Positions 9,478 to 17,486 of a stretch of 64,000 nucleotides of DNA are shown here, in pieces. The translations under genes were made by a program, and so were the position numbers. The stretch's first letter is position 1. Each line of letters opens with the position of its first letter. This DNA comes from Myxococcota bacterium (GTDB taxonomy: Bacteria; Myxococcota_A; UBA796; CAJQPC01). The stretch lies in assembly GCA_036012755.1 (NCBI GenBank), contig DASCPX010000027.1, positions 64,001 to 128,000 of the forward strand, read 5' to 3'. Below the pieces are notes generated by a model, which was given only the letters and a program-made list of their open reading frames with translations, was not told the origin of the DNA and did no database searches.

Positions 9478-10116
9478 ATGTCCTCCGACCGAAAAGGACG
9501 CCCAGGGGCTGCCACAGAAATGGGCATCGCCGCACGGGAACGGGCCGCTCGTGAAGAGGAGCGACCACGCAGCCCCAGCCTTGTCCAGGATCTCGATCGG
9601 CTCTTCGAGAGCAATCGATCCCAGGTCCAGCGCCTCTGCATGCGGCTCACGGGCAGTTCGGAGCGGGCCGAGGAACTCGTTCAGGAAACACTGGTGGTCG
9701 CCTACACCAAGCTCCCGGAGTTTCACGGGGCAGCGCGGTTCAGCACCTGGATCTATGGCATCGCCCGCAACCTGGGCCTCAACGCCATCCGAAAGCGACA
9801 AGAGGTCCTTTCAGAAGACGGGGTGCTCGAGACGGAGGAACCCGCTGCGGACGCCCTGCGCCTGCTGCGGAGGGAGGAACGACAGCGCCTTCTCCGGGTC
9901 GCCTCCGAGGCGTCACTCGATCCAGGGGAACAGGAGGCTGTTCACATGCGCTACGTCCTGGAGCTTCCCCTGGACCGCATCGAGGCGGTGCTGGGAATCG
10001 GGTCCGGAGAGGCGCGAGTGCTGCTCCAGCGCAGCAAGCGCAAGCTAGGCCGCGAATTGCGGAGCCAGCTGGCACAACTCGGCCAGGGACCGTCCCTGTT
10101 TCACAGTCAGAGCTGA
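9478..10116 (+). CDS. ECF sigma-70 factor
   Basis: Region 2 AEELVQETL..AY.KL.EF.G.ARFSTWIYGIARN; region 4 L...EQEAV.MRY...L....I..VLG. Start could be 9478 or 9520. Confidence 0.92.
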   Translation: MSSDRKGRPGAATEMGIAARERAAREEERPRSPSLVQDLDRLFESNRSQVQRLCMRLTGSSERAEELVQETLVVAYTKLPEFHGAARFSTWIYGIARNLGLNAIRKRQEVLSEDGVLETEEPAADALRLLRREERQRLLRVASEASLDPGEQEAVHMRYVLELPLDRIEAVLGIGSGEARVLLQRSKRKLGRELRSQLAQLGQGPSLFHSQS

Positions 10117-10223
10117 AGCCCCGCACTGCGCCGGGTGAGCACCTCCAGGTCCAAGGCCAGGCCCCCATCAACCCCCAGGCGGAAAGCGGAGAGGACTCAA
10201 CTCCGAGGCCGTTCTGAGAGCCG

Positions 10224-11246
10224 CTACCAGGCCCCGATGACCCCGGGCCAGGCGAGATCGACCGCGAGTCCGAGACCGATCTCCCCTGGCGCCTCGTAGG
10301 TGACCAGCCACCGCAGCGCGCTGCCCCCGAACTCGAGGCGCGCCTGGGCTGCCGGCGCGACCTGTGGAAGGCCAGGCACCAGGCGAATGGCATCGGTCTC
10401 CACGCTCCCGGCGAGCAGCCCGGTGACGACAGCTCCACCCCCGACGTCGAGGCTGGTCGACCACTTGCCGCGGCCGACGCGGACCCGCCCGGAGAGGAAG
10501 GCGCTGCTCATGACGTACCGGCTCTCTCCTCGGGAGACCGCCTGCCAGCGCTGGCCGACGGGGATGTCCACTCCGGCACTGAGGACCAGCGAGTCCCTCA
10601 GGCCCAGGTTGCCGTAGATCCCGACCGAGGTCGCCGTGGCGAGCGAGGTCGGTAGCTGCAGCTCCAGACCCAGTCCGTACTGACCACCGGCGGTGCGGCG
10701 CTCGGGCTCGTCGACGAGCGCGGCCAACAGCGCGCTCGGCACGACGAAGCCGATGTTGTCGGCGCGGAGCTTGCGTGAGGCGATGCCCACCACCCTGCCC
10801 TGCTCGTCCACGATCGGACCGCCGCTGTTTCCCGGGTTCAGCGCTGCATCGACCTGCACGAGGCGCGGCCCCACGGCGGACACGATGCCCTTGCTGACGG
10901 ACCACTCGAGCGTGCCCTCGTATGCCTTGCCCTCCCCCGCCGTGGCGAAGGGATGGCCGATGGCCCAGATGTCCTCGCCGGTGACCGCTTCGGTGGCCCG
11001 AACCTCGAGCCACGGTCGACCGGCGAGCTCCGGGACGCGGATCAACGCCAGGTCGTTCTTCGGGTCGGAGGCCACTGTGCGGCCGACAGCGACGAAGCCG
11101 TCGTGGGTTCGGACCTCTGGCCGACGTCCGCTCGCGACGCAGTGGTAGGCCGTGGCGACCGTGCCCTGGTCGTCGACGAGGACCCCCGCACAGATTCCAG
11201 GACCGGTCGTGAGGAACACGACGCTCGCGAGGGCCTGCTCCAGCAT
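10224..11246 (-). CDS. Trypsin-like (S1C) serine protease with C-terminal beta-strand-rich region
   Basis: TAYHC, DLAL and NPGNSGGP triad motifs; start codon uncertain. Confidence 0.88.
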   Translation of the reverse strand: MLEQALASVVFLTTGPGICAGVLVDDQGTVATAYHCVASGRRPEVRTHDGFVAVGRTVASDPKNDLALIRVPELAGRPWLEVRATEAVTGEDIWAIGHPFATAGEGKAYEGTLEWSVSKGIVSAVGPRLVQVDAALNPGNSGGPIVDEQGRVVGIASRKLRADNIGFVVPSALLAALVDEPERRTAGGQYGLGLELQLPTSLATATSVGIYGNLGLRDSLVLSAGVDIPVGQRWQAVSRGESRYVMSSAFLSGRVRVGRGKWSTSLDVGGGAVVTGLLAGSVETDAIRLVPGLPQVAPAAQARLEFGGSALRWLVTYEAPGEIGLGLAVDLAWPGVIGAW

Positions 11247-11281
11247 GGCGGACAGGGTATCGGTGGTGACCTGGAGGCGCC

Positions 11282-13633
11282 ATGACCCTGCTCTTGTCCC
11301 TGGCCTGCAATGGCCCGGACACCGACACCCCGGTTCTGGACGACAGCGCCAGCGACGACACATCGACGCCGCTTGGCGACGAGCTCATCACCCATGGACC
11401 GCAGCTCCCTGACTGCAGCCCCACAACCGTGGACGGTGGCCGCGTTGCGCTCTCCGGTGTCGTGCTCACCCCGACGGGCCCCGTCGCGGGGCACGTTGTC
11501 TACGCCGACGGCGAGATCCTCTGCGCCGGCGACTGCGACGTCGACGCCGCCTCGGTCGTCTGCACCGAAGGGGTGATCAGTCCCGGGCTGATCAACGCCC
11601 ACGACCACATGCAGTACAACAGCCTGCCCCCGTGGCAGGTCGAGGCCCGCTTCGAGGACCGCTACGAGTGGCGGAGCGACGGCGACTACTGGGACTACCG
11701 GACGGCATACGACGCCATCAACGGCAGCTACTCCTGCGAGATCATGCGCTTCTCGGAGACGCGAAATCTCATCGCCGGGACAACGGCTGTCGTCGGCAGC
11801 TATGGCAACGACTGCATCCACGGCGGTATCCGGAACCTCGACGAGGAGGAGGAGGCCCACGGGCTCGATGGCTGGGCGATGTCCTACTCGGCTCGCACGG
11901 TCACCGATCTCGACGATGACGACGGCGCCTACCTCGCCAGCGAGCTCGCCAGCGGAGATCTCGAGTGCGCGCTGGACCACGTCAGCGAGGGTGTGGGTGG
12001 CAGCGTCCGGGCAGAAGCCGAGCACATGCTCGCGATCGGAGCAGCCGGAGAGGGCTTCGGTTGGGTCCACTCCACCGACGCCGACACCGCCCTGTTGGCC
12101 CAGATGGCCCAGAGCGGCACGGCGATGATCTGGTCGCCGCGGTCGAACCTGGCGCTCTACGGGGCGACCTCGCGCGCGACGGTCGCCAGGACCCTCGGCG
12201 TGCCCATCGCCGTCGGGCCGGACTGGACCCCGAGCGGCTCGATGACGCCTCGGGCCGAGCTGGCATGCGTCGACACCTGGCTGAGCTCCACCGGCGCTCC
12301 CGTGCCAGACCACGTCGTCTGGAGCTGGGCCACCTCGGAGGCCTCGGAGGTCCTGGGTCTCCAGGGGCGCCTGGGTCGACTCGAGCCCGGTTACCGCGCC
12401 GATCTCTTCGTCGTCGCCTGGTCGGAGACCCCGTACCGGGCCGTGCTCGATGCGCCAGAGGACGACATCAGGCTGGTCCTGGTCGACGGGGACGCGCTCT
12501 TTGGACTCCGAGACTACGTCGAGCCGCTGTCCTCTGTGGCGGACTGGTGCGAGGAGCTCGACGTCTGCGGCCAGAGTCGCTCGGTGTGCCTGAAGCGGGA
12601 CGAGGCCGACGACGGCCTCGCAGAGGTGCAGGCCGCACTCGAGGCAGCGCTGTCGGTCGTGCAGATGCCCGAGCAGGAGCTGGACTACGCGAAGGAGCTC
12701 TTGCCCCTCACCTCCTGCGAGGATCTGCGAGACGCTTGCGACCTCGCCGTCGTGGTGGAGGGAGACGCCGACGGCGATGGCATCGCGGACGAAAGCGACC
12801 TCTGCCGCGATGTCTATGACCCGGAGCAGGAGGACTTCGACGGCGACGGCATTGGTGATACCTGCGACGTGTGCCCGCTGGTGCCCGAGAGCGAGGACTG
12901 CAGACACGCCCCAGAGGACATCGATGACGACAACGCGATGGCCGATGACGACAACTGCCCGGTCCACTACAACCCGGCACAGGAGGACACCGACGAAGAC
13001 GGTGTCGGCGACGCCTGCGACAGCTGCCCTGAGTCGGCGAACCAGGACGGCGCCTGCCCGGTCAGCGTCGATGTCATCGCCGACGAGGGCCACCCGGAGC
13101 ACCCGGACGAGTACGACCTCGTTGCGCTCAGTGGCCTGGTGGTCACCGGCGTCAATGAAGGCGGCGGCTACTTCGCCCAGGATCCGGACCTGAGCGAGTA
13201 CGCGGGTGTCTATGTCTACGATGGTGGCAGCGCGACGGTCGCCGTCGGCGAGATGGTCGATGTCACCGGGACCTACCAGGAGTACTACGGGCTCGTGGAG
13301 ATCAGCTCTCCGACCACGACCACGACCGGGAGCGGCACCATCGAGCCGCTCGAGATGGACCCCTGCGAGCTGGGAACCGACGGAGCTGACAGCGAGAAGT
13401 ACGAGGCGATGCTGGTCACGGTCGCAGATCTCACCGTCACCGACGACAACCCGGACGAAGAGGACTACGGCGCCTTCGTTGTGAACGACTGCCTCTGGGT
13501 CACGGACTCGCTGTTCGATGACTACGACAGGCACCCGTCTGTCGGGACCACCTTCGAGAGGATCACCGGGCCGATGACCTACTCCTACTCACAGCGCCGC
13601 ATCCTCCCGCGCTCCGCCGAGGATCTCCAATGA
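11282..13633 (+). CDS. Lipoprotein amidohydrolase with thrombospondin type-3-like repeats and C-terminal OB-fold-like domain
   Basis: PGLINAHDH, H.SEG, VH, WSPRSN, GPDW, GRLEPG..ADL; DxDGDGIGDxCDxCP repeats; C-terminal G.VVTG..YFAQD...G.YVY...V.VG..V.VTG.Y.EYYG. Confidence 0.85.
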   Translation: MTLLLSLACNGPDTDTPVLDDSASDDTSTPLGDELITHGPQLPDCSPTTVDGGRVALSGVVLTPTGPVAGHVVYADGEILCAGDCDVDAASVVCTEGVISPGLINAHDHMQYNSLPPWQVEARFEDRYEWRSDGDYWDYRTAYDAINGSYSCEIMRFSETRNLIAGTTAVVGSYGNDCIHGGIRNLDEEEEAHGLDGWAMSYSARTVTDLDDDDGAYLASELASGDLECALDHVSEGVGGSVRAEAEHMLAIGAAGEGFGWVHSTDADTALLAQMAQSGTAMIWSPRSNLALYGATSRATVARTLGVPIAVGPDWTPSGSMTPRAELACVDTWLSSTGAPVPDHVVWSWATSEASEVLGLQGRLGRLEPGYRADLFVVAWSETPYRAVLDAPEDDIRLVLVDGDALFGLRDYVEPLSSVADWCEELDVCGQSRSVCLKRDEADDGLAEVQAALEAALSVVQMPEQELDYAKELLPLTSCEDLRDACDLAVVVEGDADGDGIADESDLCRDVYDPEQEDFDGDGIGDTCDVCPLVPESEDCRHAPEDIDDDNAMADDDNCPVHYNPAQEDTDEDGVGDACDSCPESANQDGACPVSVDVIADEGHPEHPDEYDLVALSGLVVTGVNEGGGYFAQDPDLSEYAGVYVYDGGSATVAVGEMVDVTGTYQEYYGLVEISSPTTTTTGSGTIEPLEMDPCELGTDGADSEKYEAMLVTVADLTVTDDNPDEEDYGAFVVNDCLWVTDSLFDDYDRHPSVGTTFERITGPMTYSYSQRRILPRSAEDLQ

Positions 13634-14385
13634 TCTGGCTGTTGTGGGCATGCACCGGCGAGCTCGACGAGCCCGTCACCAGCCTCCCGAACGAGGACCC
13701 GCTCGAGCCCGCCGTCGTCCCGGACGGGGGCGAGCCTCTCGAGGAGATCGCTGCATCGCACATCCTCGTCAAGTACGAGGGCGCCTCTGGGTCCGTCGGC
13801 ATCACCCGCTCCCGTGGGCAAGCCTTGGAGATGATCGAGGAGGCCCGCGCGCGGATTGTCGCTGGCGAGGACTTCAGGGTGGTCGCCTCGGAGGTCAGCA
13901 ACGACAGCAGCTCCGTCCGGGGGGGCTGGATCGGCGTCGGGGACTACTCCACCTGGGTCCCCGAGTTCTCCGACGTCGCCTTCGCGCTCGAGGTCGGCGA
14001 GCTGAGCGCGGTGGTCGAGACGCCCTTCGGCTTCCACATCATCCGGAGGGAGCCGCGCGATCCCGTGGCGCTCAAGCACATCGTCATCCGCCATGGGGGC
14101 TCCCCCGGTTCAAGCGACGCAGAGGTCAGCGCACGGACTCGGGGGGACGCCCGCGCGTTGGCGAACCAGGCGCGAGAGCGTGTCCATGGTGGCGAGGACT
14201 TCGAAGAGGTCGCCAAGGATCTCTCGGATGGAACCTACGGGCCACGGGGTGGGGACCTCGGCGAGTTCCTCGGCGGCCAGCTGGGCGTCGAGTTCGACGA
14301 GGCGGTCGACGAGCTGGAGCCGGGCGAGCTCAGCGAGGTCTTCGAGACCCGCCACGGCTACCACGTCATCCTTCGCTACGAGTGA
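13630..14385 (+). CDS. Parvulin-type peptidyl-prolyl isomerase (two rotamase domains), lipoprotein
   Basis: ASHILV, GEDF..VA...S.D, GG.LG, ET.FG.HII occur twice. Confidence 0.92.
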   Translation: MIWLLWACTGELDEPVTSLPNEDPLEPAVVPDGGEPLEEIAASHILVKYEGASGSVGITRSRGQALEMIEEARARIVAGEDFRVVASEVSNDSSSVRGGWIGVGDYSTWVPEFSDVAFALEVGELSAVVETPFGFHIIRREPRDPVALKHIVIRHGGSPGSSDAEVSARTRGDARALANQARERVHGGEDFEEVAKDLSDGTYGPRGGDLGEFLGGQLGVEFDEAVDELEPGELSEVFETRHGYHVILRYE

Positions 14386-14795
14386 TCCTCACGCTCGCCT
14401 GTACGACCTCTGCCCCGGCGCTCTGCCTGCCGGAGGAGTGCGTGCTCTTCGAGGCTCGCGAGCTCGCCAAGGCCGGGTCGAGGCAAGAGGCCAAGGCGCT
14501 CTGCGGCACCCTCGAGGGGATCTGGGAGGACGAGTGCTGGTTCCTCGTGTCCGACACACTGGACCTGGTGGGCGAAGAGGCCTTCGCGACCTGCCGGATG
14601 GCGCGCTCCTTCGAGCGTCACTGTCTCGGTCACGCGCTGACCCGCCAGGCCGAGATCCTCATGGCCGAGCCGGGGAACGAGGCCGCGGCACTGCGAATCC
14701 TCACCGATGGCTTCGCGAGGCACTATCCCCTCCCTCGCGCCAAAGCCGAGGCCCAGCACCTCGTCGACGCGGAACTCTCCCGGCGGGACGACTGA
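14382..14795 (+). CDS. Hypothetical Cys-rich lipoprotein
   Basis: GTGA overlap with the upstream stop; MILTLAC start; C...W.DEC.F and C....F...C.GH repeats. Confidence 0.6.
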   Translation: MILTLACTTSAPALCLPEECVLFEARELAKAGSRQEAKALCGTLEGIWEDECWFLVSDTLDLVGEEAFATCRMARSFERHCLGHALTRQAEILMAEPGNEAAALRILTDGFARHYPLPRAKAEAQHLVDAELSRRDD

Positions 14796-14807
14796 GGGCC
14801 TGCTGGC

Positions 14808-15356
14808 TCAGAGGCAGCCGTCGATGGCGTCGCGTAGAGCCGCGTCCTTGGCCTCGATGTCCCGTGTGCAGACCCGGAGGTCCGGGTACAGGACCATGAT
14901 CTGGGGAAATGACTGGTCAGGGCTGGCACCCAGCCACCACTCCACCTGGTCGCCGATCACGGGCGCCGAGATGCCGAACTCGTCCGCCCAGAACTGGAGG
15001 TCGTCTACCTCGGGAGGCTGGCCGTCCAGGTCCTGGGCCAGCACCGTGACGTACATCACGTCGTCATCGGCGTAGACCTCGTAGGTCTCTTGCGTGGTTC
15101 GAGCGAGCTCCTGGCACGGCCCACACCAGATCGTCGAGATGTCGACGACCGTGACGAGCCCGTAGAACTGCCAGAGGCTGACGTCGTCGCCGTATTGGTC
15201 GGGGCCGACCAGCTCGGGGATGATCTCTCCGACTCCAAAGCCCTCCCCGACTGTCTCCACGGGCACCTCGCCGGCCGGCCAGCCGTTCGCTGGCGCAATC
15301 CAGACCTCAGCGTCGCTGTAGAGGTGGGGGACACAAGCAAGGACCAGAGAAACCAC
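14808..15356 (-). CDS. TlpA/thioredoxin-like redoxin lipoprotein
   Basis: GPDQYG..VSLWQFYG, WCGPC active site, FP; GTG start giving VVSLVLAC. Confidence 0.85.
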   Translation of the reverse strand: MVSLVLACVPHLYSDAEVWIAPANGWPAGEVPVETVGEGFGVGEIIPELVGPDQYGDDVSLWQFYGLVTVVDISTIWCGPCQELARTTQETYEVYADDDVMYVTVLAQDLDGQPPEVDDLQFWADEFGISAPVIGDQVEWWLGASPDQSFPQIMVLYPDLRVCTRDIEAKDAALRDAIDGCL

Positions 15357-15381
15357 GATGCGCTGAGGGTATCTCCCCCTC

Positions 15382-15528
15382 ACACCGCTCGCAGGAGGGA
15401 CCCGCAGGATGCGATTGACGAGGGACGCGCTGATCGCCCTTCGCTGCCACGGTGAGAGCCCGGCAGTGGCGGTTCGACGCACCTTCTCGGAGTGCGGGTC
15501 CCCAGAACGGTGTCTCGAGCGCGTCCTC
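15382..15528 (+). ncRNA. Candidate structured RNA (unassigned family)
   Basis: Complementary pairs 15397-15406/15493-15502, 15382-15387/15508-15513 and 15423-15431/15518-15526; inner hairpin 15441-15469 with G-U pairs and a GAGA/UGAGA loop. Confidence 0.4.
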
Positions 15529-15583
15529 TACTGAGTCGTGTATGATGAAGGCCCAAAACTGAGTTGAAAATTTTTCGGGATGG

Positions 15584-16750
15584 ATGATGCCGGGTTCCCG
15601 CCCAGTTCGAACAGCACTGCTCGGCCTCCCACTGGACGTCGCTGACGGCCTCCGGCGGCTCATCGGCCCCCTGCTCGAGGCGGTGATCGACCGTCGCGAC
15701 GCCCGCGAGGGAATCCCACAGCTGATCGCACTTCAGCCCCAGTGCGTGGTGTTGTGGGTGGACCACGACCCGAACCTCTCCCTCCAGATCGCGCGCCGCA
15801 TCCGGCATGACCTGCCCGACTCGAGCCTGGTCCTGTTGTGCGGCGATGACGACGTCACCGTCACCCGTGAGGCCATGCGCCTGGGCTGTCGGGCACTCGC
15901 GGTGCTGGGCGAGGACGAGCAGGATCTCGCCGGAGTCTTCCAGCAGATGTCCGGCGAGGAGCACCGCACTTCGGACGACGGCATCGTCGTGGCCCTGCTC
16001 GGCGCGAAGGGTGGCATGGGGACGACATCCCTCGCCATCAACCTGGCGGGCATCCTTGCCGAGGACCCCACGCGGCGCGTCGTCCTCATCGACCTTGCCC
16101 TGTTCATCGGTGAGGTGGCGGTCTACCTCGACATGCGCACCCCCTATGCGCTCGGGGAGCTGGTCCGGGATCTGCATCGGATCGACGACACCTGGATCGA
16201 CGCGAACATCCCGCGGCACCGGTCCGGGTTCTTCGTGCTCTCCCAGCCTGAGCAGGTCGATGACGTCGACGCCATGTCGGTCCAGGATGTCGTCCAGTCA
16301 CTGGTGGTCCTCAAGCGCCACTTCACGCACATCATCCTGGACGCCGGCGCCCAGCTCTCCGATGTCGGCCTCAGCGGCGTCCACGCGGCAGACCAGACCC
16401 TGGTGGTCTGCACGCAGGAGCTCCCGTCCCTCGTCTCGACCAGGCGCCGGGTTGGTCTCCTGACCCAGCTGGAGGGCGGCCGGAGCCGCACGCGCATCGT
16501 GGTGAACCGCTGGAACGACCAGTCCCCCTATGGTCGAGGTCAGATCGAGTCCTACATCGGCCACGCCGTCAACGGCACGGTGCGGAACGACTACGCGAAC
16601 TCCAGCGCCTGCATCGAGGCAGGCAAGCTCTTGCCCGAGCTCGCGCCGGAGGCGGAGATCACCATGGACCTCCGGAACCTGATCCCACTCTTCGACGAGT
16701 CGGTCAGCACCGCCGACAAAGTCAGGAAGAAGCTCTTCGGTCTCTTCTGA
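15584..16750 (+). CDS. cpaE: CpaE/TadZ-like pilus ATPase (degenerate receiver domain + MinD/ParA domain)
   Basis: GAKGGMGTTSLAINLA, VVLIDL, IILDAG, VVNR, VRND; C-terminal amphipathic KKLFGLF. Confidence 0.8.
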   Translation: MMPGSRPVRTALLGLPLDVADGLRRLIGPLLEAVIDRRDAREGIPQLIALQPQCVVLWVDHDPNLSLQIARRIRHDLPDSSLVLLCGDDDVTVTREAMRLGCRALAVLGEDEQDLAGVFQQMSGEEHRTSDDGIVVALLGAKGGMGTTSLAINLAGILAEDPTRRVVLIDLALFIGEVAVYLDMRTPYALGELVRDLHRIDDTWIDANIPRHRSGFFVLSQPEQVDDVDAMSVQDVVQSLVVLKRHFTHIILDAGAQLSDVGLSGVHAADQTLVVCTQELPSLVSTRRRVGLLTQLEGGRSRTRIVVNRWNDQSPYGRGQIESYIGHAVNGTVRNDYANSSACIEAGKLLPELAPEAEITMDLRNLIPLFDESVSTADKVRKKLFGLF

Positions 16751-17471
16751 GCTGGCGCTCTCGCTCGAACATCAGGACCGCGGCGGTGACCGAGACGTTG
16801 AGGGACTCGAGCCCTCCTTGGAGCGGAACGCTCACGATGTGGTCGCAGCGCTTGCGCAGGGTCTCCGAAACCCCCTTGGACTCGCCCCCAAGGACGAGGG
16901 CGAGCGGCCCGGTGAGATCGACGTCCCAGCAAGGCTGACCGTCCATGTCCGCTCCCACGACGAGCAGGCCCTCCTTGCGGCACCTCTTCTGCGCGGCGGG
17001 GATGCCCTCGCGCACGAGCGCCACCTCCTCTGCAGCACCCATCGCCACTCGCTGGACCACCGGCGTGAGCCCCTTTCCCCGGCGCACCGGCACGACGACC
17101 CCATGCACCCCGGCGCCCAGCGCCGAGCGCAAGATCGCGCCGAGGTTGTGCTCGTAGGAGACCTCGTCTGCCAGCAGGAGGAAGGGGTCCTCCCCGCGCC
17201 CCCGGATCTCGGCGAGCAGGCTGTTCACCGAGTGCCTGGGCAGGGGCTCGGCCTGCGCGACAACCCCGTTGTGTACGTCACCGCGGGCCAAGCGGTCCAG
17301 CTTGCGCCGCGGCACGCGCTCGACGGGGACCCCTTGCTCGCGAGCCAGCTCGAGGATGGTGTCGATCTTGCCGCCAGGCCGCGCGCGCTCGTCGAGGAGG
17401 ATCCTGGCGACACGCCGTCGCCGACGCGCGAGCGCCTCGAAGACCGGGTTCCTACCTTCCAGCTGGTCCAT
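16722..17471 (-). CDS. rlmB: 23S rRNA (G2251-2'-O)-methyltransferase
   Basis: GRNPV.EAL, HNGVVA, NLGAILRSA, LVLGGE.KG, ESLNVSV SPOUT motifs. Confidence 0.93.
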   Translation of the reverse strand: MDQLEGRNPVFEALARRRRRVARILLDERARPGGKIDTILELAREQGVPVERVPRRKLDRLARGDVHNGVVAQAEPLPRHSVNSLLAEIRGRGEDPFLLLADEVSYEHNLGAILRSALGAGVHGVVVPVRRGKGLTPVVQRVAMGAAEEVALVREGIPAAQKRCRKEGLLVVGADMDGQPCWDVDLTGPLALVLGGESKGVSETLRKRCDHIVSVPLQGGLESLNVSVTAAVLMFERERQLRRDRRASS

Positions 17472-17486
17472 TGGGCTCCGGGTGTA

